Of a stretch of 47,546 nucleotides of DNA, positions 17,301 through 25,745 are shown piece after piece. The notes below the pieces were generated by a model. That model saw only the letters and a program-made list of their open reading frames with translations, had not been told where the DNA came from and made no database searches. Source of the DNA: Clostridia bacterium (GTDB taxonomy: Bacteria; Bacillota; Clostridia; TANB77; CAG-508). Location: NCBI GenBank assembly GCA_045602065.1, contig JAZSAX010000008.1, forward strand, positions 1-47,546. Direction: 5' to 3'. The translations under genes were made by a program, and so were the position numbers. Each line of letters opens with the position of its first letter. The first letter of the stretch is position 1.

Positions 17301-18960
17301 AAGGGTATATAATGAAGGCGATATAGATGGATTTGCAAGTGAAGTAAAAGATTATTTACCACCATATTTAAAATATGTGCAAAATAGTGAAATAAACCAA
17401 CAATACGGATGGCAAATTTCAGAAAATGGAAGAATTGCAGCAACAAGACATCTAGCAAATTCAAAACTAGAAGCTTTTAATGGAACAAGATTAGATTATG
17501 CAGACTTGAAAATAGAATGTGTGGTTTCAGATGATGTACCATTACAACAAAATCAAACTAATATAGCAGAAATATCAGAATATACATATAATGGTGGAAC
17601 AGTAGATAAAGATGCTGATTCAACATCAAATAATATAGTAAGTAAAAATTACTTGCCAAGTGATGAAAACTTGCCATCTTATAAAGATAATGAGATAGAT
17701 AAACCTTATGTGCCAGGAAACGAAGATGATGATGACTTTGAAAAAATATATGTAAAAGAATTTGACTTAGCATTAAGAAAATTCATAACAAAAGTACAAG
17801 AAACTGATGTAACAACAAGAGTACCACAAGTAAAAATTGAAAATGGAGAAATATCTTATGAGCATACAAAAGACCCATTAATAGTACATATGGGAGACGT
17901 TGTAATTTATACATTAAGAATATTCAATGAAGGTGAAATCTCTGGATATGCAAGTGAAATCACAGATGACATTCCAGAATACTTAGAATTTTTACCACAA
18001 GATTCAACAAATGTAGAATATATGTGGAAAATGTATGATGAAAATGGAAATGAAACTGAAAATGTTGCAGATGCAGTAAAAGTAAAAACAACATATTTAT
18101 CAAAAGAAAATGGTGAAAACAATTTAATAAATGCATTTGATGGAACAACATTAGATTATAAAGACATAAAAATAGCATTTAAAGTAAAAGATCCAAATTC
18201 AAATCAATACATTATAACAAATTATGCACAAATTTCAGAAGATACAGATGAAAATGGAAATGCAGTAAATGATAATGACTCAGATACAGAAGCATGGAAT
18301 GAAGGTGAAGATGATCAAGATATAGAAAATATAAAAGTACAATATTTTGATTTGTCATTACTAAAATTTGTATCAAAAGTAATTATGATAGAAGATGGAA
18401 AACAAACAATAACAGAAACTGGATATAATGGACATGAAGATCCAGAACCAGTTGTAAAAGTGGAATTACACAAAAAGAAACTTAATAATGTTGTTGTAAA
18501 ATTCGGATATGGAATTACTATTACAAATGAAGGAGATATTGCAGGATATGCAACAGAAATTACAGACTATGTACCACAAGGATTAAAATTTGATCCAACA
18601 GATAATCCAGAATGGGAAGATGAAGGAAATAATGTAATATCTACACGACAACTAGAAGGAAAATTATTACAACCAGGAGAAAGTGCGACAGTAGAAGTAA
18701 TATTTACATGGGTAAACAGTAGCGATAATTTAGCTTTAAAAACCAATATAGCTGAAATTTCTGAAGATAAGAATGAATATAATGTACCAGATAGAGATTC
18801 AACGCCAGATAATAAAAAAGATGGTGAAGATGATATTGATATAGCAAAAGTGATATTAGCTATTTCAACAGGTGCAATAAAAACATATTTCATGTTAACA
18901 CTAGGATTATTAACAGTTATTTTAGTTGGAGTTGTACTAATTAAGAAATTTGTATTATAA
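14398..18960 (+). CDS. 1520-aa cell-surface adhesin-like protein. Layout: signal/TM, N-terminal ~420-aa domain (possible thioester domain), five DUF11-like repeat modules, C-terminal hydrophobic anchor.
   Basis: N-terminal hydrophobic helix. YCVK (C80) and IQKVAIWKFTNG (Q194) motifs. Five modules each starting FDL(A/S)L(R/F/L)K and containing GD.V.YTI.VYNEG...GYAS.I.D.LP.GL. C-terminus is LAISTG + 23 hydrophobic residues + KKFVL. Confidence 0.7.
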   Translation: MKKKIISVLIIISIIVTILLGSMISYAKYASDKPLTVKLTKADSNGVGYAVNNPNSGGKYIWNILSYDSTGAEEQRNLYCVKAEYGATWKTTPEKEVVYNLQYDLHSDRDMLGQNLGTDSDSEVVASLIKVNGGQYEQLLWLFDNMYMPEDTDKDEFLEKIGVLKDELGYYKQVGENKVPYNSVLTEEDIIAIQKVAIWKFTNGGTYSLTPEQTLWFNIITGQDNEGNYTYDTLKTDYPDRNEQAMLLYNYLITEADKNENKALYEDYANQANNVTIDTTNLTQDENNNYILQTRIVNGKYVTGPIKITAENNNPYYIDLSVTNNSVDVAFDFVNADGSAIENATIESLVGTEFYISTDISTIDELNISISVKQERRNKTLWLSGGEMKDEETGKTLIILPGEQPIVEIKETDPVITSFIVKPFDLALRKYITAVKSGETTTAINTRIPNYGDLSALEAGTTAEYKHRKDPVEVKDGDVVTYTIAIYNEGSKAGYASKIIDQLPAGLFMSNIHTNETNGGIVTSKDSQGNPVNTYKIEWDYIKNPMNYLNQITLTIADEENAVSLNPYTTENGLDYETIEIQCRVEQEPHTKNDIILTNVAWIEEAYDSEAEKEISSEGTLDRDSQPQLSPDVDKDNMENYKGNNENKNALEDSSYHYKGEQDDDDFEKLVIKAVPKNFDLALFKHIAAISKDQTIEDGEYVTDTGSIDGTYLRAPVVTAIDPQTGKITYEQDDKVALIVEPGDYVLYTIRVYNEGEISGYASKIKDTLPVGLDFVEDNVEYNGIWKLEGLDSDGRQVLTTTWYAQGNGAETDAEEGDANYQANLLKALNKESVVSNENPDYIDAQVLCQVVENATSDRVLVNYAQISDDTDENGKTIDDIDSTTDEWIDNEDDQDIERIKVQCFDLSLRKFITAVEGKELKDSNGKYTREPVVDVSNLINGLSSTATYTHPKQPVAVQVGNKVVYTIRVYNEGDIDGFASEVKDYLPPYLKYVQNSEINQQYGWQISENGRIAATRHLANSKLEAFNGTRLDYADLKIECVVSDDVPLQQNQTNIAEISEYTYNGGTVDKDADSTSNNIVSKNYLPSDENLPSYKDNEIDKPYVPGNEDDDDFEKIYVKEFDLALRKFITKVQETDVTTRVPQVKIENGEISYEHTKDPLIVHMGDVVIYTLRIFNEGEISGYASEITDDIPEYLEFLPQDSTNVEYMWKMYDENGNETENVADAVKVKTTYLSKENGENNLINAFDGTTLDYKDIKIAFKVKDPNSNQYIITNYAQISEDTDENGNAVNDNDSDTEAWNEGEDDQDIENIKVQYFDLSLLKFVSKVIMIEDGKQTITETGYNGHEDPEPVVKVELHKKKLNNVVVKFGYGITITNEGDIAGYATEITDYVPQGLKFDPTDNPEWEDEGNNVISTRQLEGKLLQPGESATVEVIFTWVNSSDNLALKTNIAEISEDKNEYNVPDRDSTPDNKKDGEDDIDIAKVILAISTGAIKTYFMLTLGLLTVILVGVVLIKKFVL
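15667..18849 (+). repeat. Five tandem diverged protein-level repeat modules (about 170-255 aa each) inside the adhesin gene
   Basis: Module starts at nt 15667, 16432, 17110, 17761 and 18346 (F424, F679, F905, F1122, F1317). Acidic linkers (DDDDFEK / EDDQDIE.IKVQ) separate them. Confidence 0.8.
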
Positions 18961-18968
18961 TAAAGTTT

Positions 18969-19002
18969 AAACCGGTTCATTAGAGCCGGTTTTCTTATGT
19001 TT
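18969..19002 (+). terminator. Intrinsic terminator after the adhesin gene
   Basis: AAACCGG-ttcattagag-CCGGTTT followed by a T-rich tract. Confidence 0.65.
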
Positions 19003-19003
19003 T

Positions 19004-19232
19004 TTTGCACATTTATAGCCAGAGTCCCGCCCCGGTGGTTAAATATTTTGAATGAGTGATGAATGCGACCGTAATAGTGTTACAAATTCTTAAGAAAAAG
19101 TCGTAAAGGGTCCTGTCTTCGGGTATAGTTGTGACTTTTGCTTTAGAATTTGTTAACGTTATGCAGGGTAGCCGAGGAATTTATGAAAAATATTTAACCA
19201 CCGGGGCGGGACTCTGGCTATAAATGTACAAA
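19004..19232. repeat. 229-bp palindromic element: 46-bp inverted-repeat arms (41 consecutive perfect bp) with a GC-rich core, around a 137-bp foldable centre
   Basis: 19009-19049 is the exact reverse complement of 19187-19227. 19004-19007 pairs with 19229-19232 after one mismatch. The arms contain CCAGAGTCCCGCCCCGGTGG. Confidence 0.85.
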
Positions 19233-19263
19233 TTAAATAAATAAGAAAACCTTTTTAAAAATA

Positions 19264-19292
19264 TTTACAACTAAAATTGCTTATGATATAAT
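19264..19292 (+). promoter_or_regulatory. Promoter of the 19326-21205 operon
   Basis: TTTACA (19264-19269), 17-nt spacer, TATAAT (19287-19292). Confidence 0.55.
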
Positions 19293-19325
19293 CGAAAAGA
19301 ATAAGAATAACAATGGGGTGATTTT

Positions 19326-20267
19326 GTGAATCAGATATTAGTTACAGGAGATGAACAGGTAACTGCAAAAGTAACTGAAAAAGTCCAAAAGCAAAAAAAG
19401 GTTTTACCAATAAATGGAATAATACTATTTTTCGCAATAAGTATAATAATAGTAGGAATATGCATAATAGCAGGAAGTATATATTCAAAACAAAAGATAA
19501 ATGAAACTGTACAAGCAAGTATACAACCAGATGTGCAAATAGAAAGAGATGATGAAAACCATACTATAGAAATAACAGCTACACATATTAGAGGAATAAC
19601 AACACTTACTTATCAATGGAATGATGGAGAGGAAACTGTAATAAAAGGAAATAATGAAAAAAGAGTAAGTACAGTTATTGACTTAATAGGGGGAGAAAAT
19701 GTTTTAAAAGTTTCTGTAACAGAAGAAAATGGGAAGAAAAAGGATATAGAAAAGACATTTATAGCTGGTAATATACCAGAAATAACATTAGAAGCAGTTG
19801 CAAATGGAGTTAAAGTAATTGCAACAAGTGAGGACGAGATAGATTATGTTCAATATAGTTGGGATGATGAAGAACCTCAAAAGATAGAGGTTGGAGAAAA
19901 ACAATATGAAGGAATAATTAATGCACCAAAAGGAGAACATCTTTTAAAAATTGAAGTTATGTCTATAATTGGATTAAAAGCAACAAAAGAGCAAAAAGTA
20001 GTAGGAGATACAGAACCAACATTAAACATACAATCAAAACTAATAAATGGAAAAGCAACATTTGTTATAGATGCGGAAGATGATGAAGAAATCAAGACAT
20101 TAACAATAGTTCATAATGGGGGAGAAATTCAACTTATAGAAGTAAATGCAGCAACATATCATCACGAAGTTACAATGACAGAAGGAGAACAAAATACAAT
20201 AATTGTAACAGTAACAAATATAAACGAATTGCAAAAAAGTAAAGGTGTAAGATTTACAAATAAATAG
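19326..20267 (+). CDS. Single-pass membrane protein with three ~80-aa Ig-like/beta-sandwich-like repeats (hypothetical)
   Basis: 313 aa, GTG start after GGGGTGA. TM helix ILFFAISIIIVGICIIAGSIY. Three similar segments (..IEITATHIRGITTLTYQWNDGEE.., ..VKVIATSEDEIDYVQYSWDDEEP.., ..ATFVIDAEDDEEIKTLTIVHNGGE..). Confidence 0.5.
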   Translation: MNQILVTGDEQVTAKVTEKVQKQKKVLPINGIILFFAISIIIVGICIIAGSIYSKQKINETVQASIQPDVQIERDDENHTIEITATHIRGITTLTYQWNDGEETVIKGNNEKRVSTVIDLIGGENVLKVSVTEENGKKKDIEKTFIAGNIPEITLEAVANGVKVIATSEDEIDYVQYSWDDEEPQKIEVGEKQYEGIINAPKGEHLLKIEVMSIIGLKATKEQKVVGDTEPTLNIQSKLINGKATFVIDAEDDEEIKTLTIVHNGGEIQLIEVNAATYHHEVTMTEGEQNTIIVTVTNINELQKSKGVRFTNK

Positions 20268-20278
20268 GAGAAAATAAT

Positions 20279-21205
20279 ATGACACAAGAGATATATATAA
20301 TAGATGATGATGAATCATCACTACCAATATTTAAAGAATTATTTAAAAAAGATAAAGAATTTAAATTTATAGGTGTAAAAACAGAAGAAATAGATGTAGC
20401 ATTAAAAAATATACCATTCTTAATTGTAATTAATGAAGATGCTATAGATAGAGATGTAGTTGAAGTATGTAAAAAAATTAGAACAGATGAAGACAATAAA
20501 ATAACACCAATAATAGTGGTATCTTCAAATTCTGATAGACAACATAGATTAGACGTATTAGAAGAATCGGTAGAATATTACATTAAAAAACCAGTAGATA
20601 CAGATTACTTATATTATACAATAAAAAATTTGAACAGATTATTAAACATTAATAGAAGAATAAGTGCATTAACTGGATTGCCAGGAAATGTTCAAATACA
20701 TGCAGAATTAAAAAAGAGAATAGCAAACAAAGGAGAGTTTTCTGTATTATATCTAGATTTAGATAATTTTAAAGCATATAATGATGTATATGGATTTTTA
20801 AAAGGTGATGAAATAATAGAATTTACAGCACAAACAGCACTAAAATGTATACATGAAGAATTTTTAGAGAATTCTTTTGTGGGGCATATTGGTGGAGATG
20901 ACTTTATAGCAATAGTACCATCAATAGATGTTGATAGAGTATGTCAATCAATTATAGCAACATTTGATAAAGAAGTAACAAGATTTTTTACAGATGCTGA
21001 TATAGAAAGAGGATATATAAAAGTTGCAAATAGAAAAGGAATAATTGAGCAATTTGCTTTAACTTCTATATCAATAGGAGTAGTAATTGCAGAAAAAGGA
21101 AGATTTTCAAATATATTAGAAATAGGTGAAATAGGAGCACAAGTGAAACACCTTGCAAAAAGTATACCAGGAAGTAGCTATGCAATAGATAGAAGACAAT
21201 TATAA
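20279..21205 (+). CDS. Receiver-like domain fused to a GGDEF-family domain with a variant GGDDF signature
   Basis: 308 aa. N-terminal CheY-like fold (IIDDDES, KKPV). C-terminal ALTGLPGN...LYLDLDNFKAYND...HIGGDDFIAI. Starts 11 nt after the upstream gene. Confidence 0.72.
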   Translation: MTQEIYIIDDDESSLPIFKELFKKDKEFKFIGVKTEEIDVALKNIPFLIVINEDAIDRDVVEVCKKIRTDEDNKITPIIVVSSNSDRQHRLDVLEESVEYYIKKPVDTDYLYYTIKNLNRLLNINRRISALTGLPGNVQIHAELKKRIANKGEFSVLYLDLDNFKAYNDVYGFLKGDEIIEFTAQTALKCIHEEFLENSFVGHIGGDDFIAIVPSIDVDRVCQSIIATFDKEVTRFFTDADIERGYIKVANRKGIIEQFALTSISIGVVIAEKGRFSNILEIGEIGAQVKHLAKSIPGSSYAIDRRQL

Positions 21206-21222
21206 AAAGGAGAATATAATAA

Positions 21223-22524
21223 ATGTTAATACCGATATTAGTATTATTAATATTAACAGGGATAAATGCATTTTTCGCGGCAAGTGAAATTGCATTTATA
21301 TCTTTAAATGATAATAAAATAGAAAAACAGGCAAGAGAAGGAAACAAAAAAGCTAAACAAATAGCTAAGATGTTAGAGACACCAAGTAAGTTTTTATCAA
21401 CAATACAAATAGGAATAACATTAGCTGGATTTTTATCAAGTGCTTTTGCATCAGATACATTTGCAGACATGTTAGCTCCGGTACTAAATGAACTAGCTCC
21501 AATAGGAATAGGAGTATGGAAAAGTATATCAATAATATTAATAACAATTATATTATCATTTATAACAATAATATTTGGAGAGCTAGTACCAAAAAGATTA
21601 GCAATGAAACATTATGAAAAAATAGCATTTGCATCAGTGGGGATAATTAAAGGAATATCAATTATAACAGCACCATTTGTAAAGCTACTTACAGCTACTA
21701 CAAACGCAATTTCAAAATTATTTGGAGTTGGAGAAAATGAAGAAGAAGTAGTAACAGAAGAAGAAATCAAAATGATGGTAGACCAAGGCGAAGAAAATGG
21801 CACAATTGATGAAGAAGAAAAAGAATTAATAAATAATGTATTTGATTTTAATGATATAACAGTATCAGAAATAATGACACATAGAACAGACATCTTTGCT
21901 GTAGACATTAATATGAGTGCAGGGGAATTATTAGAAGAAATAATCAAAGATGACTGCAAACATAGTAGAATACCAGTATATGATGAAACAATTGATGAAA
22001 TAAAAGGTGTTTTATATGTTAAAGATATATTGAAACATATAAATAAGAAAACATTTAAAATTAAAAATATCATGAAAGAAGCGTATTTTGTATCACAAAA
22101 CAAACTTATAAATGAATTATTTAAAGAATTACAAAGAAATAAAAAACATATTGCAGTTATAGTAGATGAATATGGCGGAACAGCAGGACTTATTACTATG
22201 GAAGACATAGTAGAAGAAATAGTTGGAGATATTTTTGATGAATATGATGAAATTGAACAAGAATATGAAAAAATAGATGATAAAACATATATTATATCAG
22301 GAAGTATGCCAATATATGATGTAAATAAACTATTAGAATCAAATATACCTGAAGGATACTATGATACTTTATCAGGATATTTACAAGAAGAGTTAGGTAG
22401 AATTCCGTCAGAAGAAGAAAATCCAATAATAGAAACAGCGGAATTAACTTTTAAAATAGAAGAATATGAAGATAAAAGAATTATAAAAGTAAAAGTTTGC
22501 AAAAATGAAAATAATAATGAATAA
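21223..22524 (+). CDS. CNNM/HlyC/CorC-family transporter (DUF21 + 2 CBS + CorC_HlyC)
   Basis: 433 aa. N-terminal 4-TM DUF21 (ASEIAFISLN), CBS pair, and a C-terminal CorC/HlyC-like domain. Confidence 0.82.
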   Translation: MLIPILVLLILTGINAFFAASEIAFISLNDNKIEKQAREGNKKAKQIAKMLETPSKFLSTIQIGITLAGFLSSAFASDTFADMLAPVLNELAPIGIGVWKSISIILITIILSFITIIFGELVPKRLAMKHYEKIAFASVGIIKGISIITAPFVKLLTATTNAISKLFGVGENEEEVVTEEEIKMMVDQGEENGTIDEEEKELINNVFDFNDITVSEIMTHRTDIFAVDINMSAGELLEEIIKDDCKHSRIPVYDETIDEIKGVLYVKDILKHINKKTFKIKNIMKEAYFVSQNKLINELFKELQRNKKHIAVIVDEYGGTAGLITMEDIVEEIVGDIFDEYDEIEQEYEKIDDKTYIISGSMPIYDVNKLLESNIPEGYYDTLSGYLQEELGRIPSEEENPIIETAELTFKIEEYEDKRIIKVKVCKNENNNE

Positions 22525-22525
22525 T

Positions 22526-22577
22526 AAAAAAACGTAATGGAAATAATGAAAGTAAATTATTTCTATTACGTTTTTTG
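22526..22577 (+). terminator. Long hairpin terminator after the CNNM gene, directly abutting the fruK RBS
   Basis: AACGTAATGGAAATAAT (22531-22547) pairs with ATTATTTCTATTACGTT (22556-22572), with one mismatch, then a T-run. Confidence 0.65.
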
Positions 22578-22590
22578 TTTGGGAGGAAAA

Positions 22591-23523
22591 ATGATTTATA
22601 CAGTAACCTTTAATCCGGCAATAGACTATATTGCAGGGGTAAAAGATTTGAAAATGAATGAAATAAATAGAGCAATATCAGAAAAAATTTTGGCTGGAGG
22701 GAAAGGGATAAATGTATCAATTGTATTAAAAAATTTAGGATTTGAAAGTATAGCACTTGGTTTTATTGCTGGATTTACAGGAAAAGAGATACAAAACCAA
22801 GTACAAGAATTTGGGATAAAATCTGATTTTGTCTATATCCCAGACAAATTTTCGAGAATAAATGTAAAATTACAATTAAATATAGATGGAGTTATTTCAG
22901 AAGAAACAGCAATAAATGGGGAAGGCCCTAAAATATCAGACAACGAAGTGAATGAATTTATGAAAAAAATAGAGAATATAAAAAAAGAAGATTTTATTGT
23001 TTTAGCAGGAAGTGTATCTAGAAACATGAAAGATGACATATATGAAAAAATATGTATAAAAGTGAAAGAAAAAGGTGCAAAAATTGTTGCAGATGCCACT
23101 GGAAAACTTTTGGTAAATGTTTTGAAACACAATCCATTTTTAATAAAACCAAATAAGGAAGAATTAGAAGAAATTTTCGAAAAAGAAATTAATACAAATG
23201 AGGAAATTGTATTATATGCTAAAAAACTGCAAGAAATGGGAGCTCAAAATGTATTAATATCAATGGACAAAGATGGAGCCATATTAATAACACAAGATAA
23301 TAAAATGTTGTATTCAGAAGCTCCAAAAGGAAAAGTAGAAAATTCAGTTGGATCAGGAGACTCAATGGTTGCGGGTTTTTTAACTGGATTTATAACACAT
23401 AAAGATTATGAAAAAGCATTAAAAATGGGAATTGCGGCAGGAAGTGCAAGTGCTTTTTCAAAAAATTTAGCTACTAAAGAAGAAATTTTATTTCAATTAT
23501 CTAAAATAGAGAAAGGGGTTTAA
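22591..23523 (+). CDS. fruK: 1-phosphofructokinase
   Basis: MIYTVTFNPAIDY start after GGGAGGA. PfkB family with GSGDS near the C-terminus. The track start 22537 lies inside the upstream terminator hairpin. Confidence 0.88.
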   Translation: MIYTVTFNPAIDYIAGVKDLKMNEINRAISEKILAGGKGINVSIVLKNLGFESIALGFIAGFTGKEIQNQVQEFGIKSDFVYIPDKFSRINVKLQLNIDGVISEETAINGEGPKISDNEVNEFMKKIENIKKEDFIVLAGSVSRNMKDDIYEKICIKVKEKGAKIVADATGKLLVNVLKHNPFLIKPNKEELEEIFEKEINTNEEIVLYAKKLQEMGAQNVLISMDKDGAILITQDNKMLYSEAPKGKVENSVGSGDSMVAGFLTGFITHKDYEKALKMGIAAGSASAFSKNLATKEEILFQLSKIEKGV

Positions 23524-23525
23524 CA

Positions 23526-25481
23526 ATGAAAATAACAGATTTATTAGAAGAAAAATCTATAAGGTTAAATGCAGCAGCTAGTAGTAAAACAGAGGCATTA
23601 AATCAAATTATAAATTTAATAAATCAAACAGGAAATATAACAAATAAAGATGAATATAAAGAAATTGTTTTTAAAAGAGAAGAACAAGGAACAACTGGAA
23701 TAGGAGAAGGAATAGCGATACCACACGGAAAATCAAGCAAAGTTAAAAAAGCAACTTTAGCAGCAATGGTAATTCCAAATGGTGTTGATTTTGAATCTCT
23801 AGACAATAAAAAAGTAAACTTAATGTTTTTAATAGCAGCACCTGAAACTAAAGATAATATACATTTAGAGGTGTTAAGTAGATTATCAGCGCTATTAATG
23901 GATGAAAACTTTAGAGAAGAGTTAAAAAGAGCTAAAACTCCAAAAGAATTTTTAAATTATATAGATGAAGCTGAAAATGCGAAATATGGAGAAGAAAAAG
24001 TTGTAGATGGTGTTTTAGCAGATACAGCACAAAACGAGTTGAGAAACACATCAAATGAAATGTATGAGATATTGGCCATTACAGCATGTCCAACAGGAAT
24101 TGCACATACTTATATGGCTGCAGAAGCATTAGAAAAAGCAGGAGAAGAAACGAATCATAAAATAAAAGTAGAAACACAAGGTCAATCTGGTGTAAAAAAT
24201 CAATTAACAAGAGAAGAAATTGAAAATGCAAAAGCAATTATTGTAGCTGCAGACACAAATGTAGATTTATCAAGATTTAATGGAAAAAAATTAATAAAAA
24301 CAAGAGTAGCAGATGGAATTCATAAACCAAAAGAATTAATAGAAAAAGCATTATCAAATGATGCTCCAATATATCATTCAGACAAAAATGCTGATTTTTC
24401 TCAAGAAGAAAAGGTTGGGGTAGGGCGTAATATTTATAGACATTTAATGAGTGGTGTAACACATATGTTGCCATTTGTAGTAGGTGGAGGAATATTAATT
24501 GCTATATCATTTTTATTAGATAATTATGAAATAAATCCAGCAGGATTTGGAAGTAACACACCATTAGCAGCATTTTTTAATACAATAGGAAATTCAGCAT
24601 TTAGTTTTATGCTTACAATTTTAGCAGGATATATTGCTTTAAGTATTGCAGATAGACCAGGTTTGGCAGCAGGATTTGTAGGCGGGGCAGTCGCTTTATC
24701 TGGTGTAACAATACAAAGTATACAAAATCCAAATGTTACAACAGTAAGTTCGGGATTTTTAGGAGCACTTTTAGCAGGTTTTATAGCAGGATATATAATA
24801 ATTTTATTAAAGAAAATATTTGAAATATTGCCAAAAAGTTTAGAAGGAATAAAAACAATTTTATTATATCCTGTATTTGGTGTACTTTTAACAGGGCTTG
24901 CTGTAATGTTAATAAATCCATTTATAGGAATGATAAATACAGGACTTAATAATTTCTTAAATAATATGGGAAATGTAAATAAAGTAATATTAGGAATGAT
25001 TCTAGGTGGAATGATGTCAGTAGATTTAGGTGGACCTGTAAATAAAGCAGCATATACTTTTGGAACAGGAATGCTTGCAGAGGGGCATTATCACATTATG
25101 GCGGCAGTAATGGCTGGTGGCATGGTAGCCCCTCTTGTTATAGCAATACTTGCAACAATATTACCTAAAAAACTAGATCAAAAAGACAGAAGTTCAGCAC
25201 TTCTAAATTATGTATTAGGGCTTTCATTTATATCTGAAGGAGCAATTCCATTTGCATCTAGTGATCCATTACGTGTATTGCCAGCATGTATAATAGGTTC
25301 TGCAATAGCTGGAGGATTGTCTATGTTATTTAACTGTACATTAATGGCACCACATGGAGGAATATTTGTAATAGGAATTGTAGGGAATGCTTTAATGTAT
25401 ATAGTTTCAATTGCTGTAGGATCGATAGTAGGAGCTTTGATATTAGCAGCATTAAAAAACAGTAAGAAGGTGAAAGAATGA
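23526..25481 (+). CDS. fruA: PTS fructose-specific EIIABC component
   Basis: 651 aa. EIIA-2 (GIAIPHGKS), EIIB (ACPTGIAHTYMAAEAL), multi-TM EIIC. Confidence 0.9.
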   Translation: MKITDLLEEKSIRLNAAASSKTEALNQIINLINQTGNITNKDEYKEIVFKREEQGTTGIGEGIAIPHGKSSKVKKATLAAMVIPNGVDFESLDNKKVNLMFLIAAPETKDNIHLEVLSRLSALLMDENFREELKRAKTPKEFLNYIDEAENAKYGEEKVVDGVLADTAQNELRNTSNEMYEILAITACPTGIAHTYMAAEALEKAGEETNHKIKVETQGQSGVKNQLTREEIENAKAIIVAADTNVDLSRFNGKKLIKTRVADGIHKPKELIEKALSNDAPIYHSDKNADFSQEEKVGVGRNIYRHLMSGVTHMLPFVVGGGILIAISFLLDNYEINPAGFGSNTPLAAFFNTIGNSAFSFMLTILAGYIALSIADRPGLAAGFVGGAVALSGVTIQSIQNPNVTTVSSGFLGALLAGFIAGYIIILLKKIFEILPKSLEGIKTILLYPVFGVLLTGLAVMLINPFIGMINTGLNNFLNNMGNVNKVILGMILGGMMSVDLGGPVNKAAYTFGTGMLAEGHYHIMAAVMAGGMVAPLVIAILATILPKKLDQKDRSSALLNYVLGLSFISEGAIPFASSDPLRVLPACIIGSAIAGGLSMLFNCTLMAPHGGIFVIGIVGNALMYIVSIAVGSIVGALILAALKNSKKVKE

Positions 25482-25735
25482 TAACTCAAGAAATAACCTT
25501 GAAAAATGAAGAAGGTTTACATGCAAGACCTGCTACTGAAATAGCAAAAAATGCATCAAAATATAGCTGTGATATTAAACTAGATGTTAATGGAAAACAA
25601 TATAATGCAAAATCAGTATTAAATATAATGTCAGCAGGAATAAAGAATAATACACAAATAAAAATTATTTGTGATGGGGTGGATGAAGAAGAGGCTTTAG
25701 CAGAAATAGTGGGATTGTTTGAAAAATTACCGTGA
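25478..25735 (+). CDS. ptsH: Phosphocarrier protein HPr
   Basis: 85 aa. His15 context GLHARPA, Ser46 context KSVLNIMS. The ATGA start overlaps the fruA stop. Confidence 0.9.
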   Translation: MITQEITLKNEEGLHARPATEIAKNASKYSCDIKLDVNGKQYNAKSVLNIMSAGIKNNTQIKIICDGVDEEEALAEIVGLFEKLP

Positions 25736-25745
25736 TCATTAATCG

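Noticed and set aside
19052-19223. Mini-ORFs inside the palindrome (MSDECDRNSVTNS, MQGSRGIYEKYLTTGAGLWL)
   Set aside because: No Shine-Dalgarno sequence, and they lie within strongly paired sequence. Most likely chance ORFs.
19004-19232. Considered whether the palindrome is an SRP RNA, c-di-GMP riboswitch, integron attC site, invertible promoter switch or CRISPR repeat
   Set aside because: It has no SRP domain IV motif (GGAA/AGCA loops) and only vague resemblance to GEMM. The GTTAAAT...ATTTAAC pair is in the wrong order for attC. There is no convincing internal promoter, and a good promoter lies downstream of the element rather than upstream. There is only a single palindrome, with no spacer-repeat periodicity. 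A 6S-like rod cannot be excluded without a covariance search.
21612-22208. 198-aa minus-strand ORF, together with many other minus-strand ORFs nested in plus-strand genes (for example 711-1049, 18567-19010, 37681-38121, 25486-25842)
   Set aside because: All lie fully antisense to genes with strong family signatures. Their translations are low-complexity S/I/F/L-rich, typical of the reverse frame of K/E/N-rich AT-rich coding DNA. None has an RBS.
22537-22590. N-terminal extension of fruK (MEIMKVNYFYYVFCLGGK)
   Set aside because: It is encoded by the terminator hairpin of the upstream gene. The conserved MIYTVTFNPAIDY start at 22591 has a GGGAGGA RBS.
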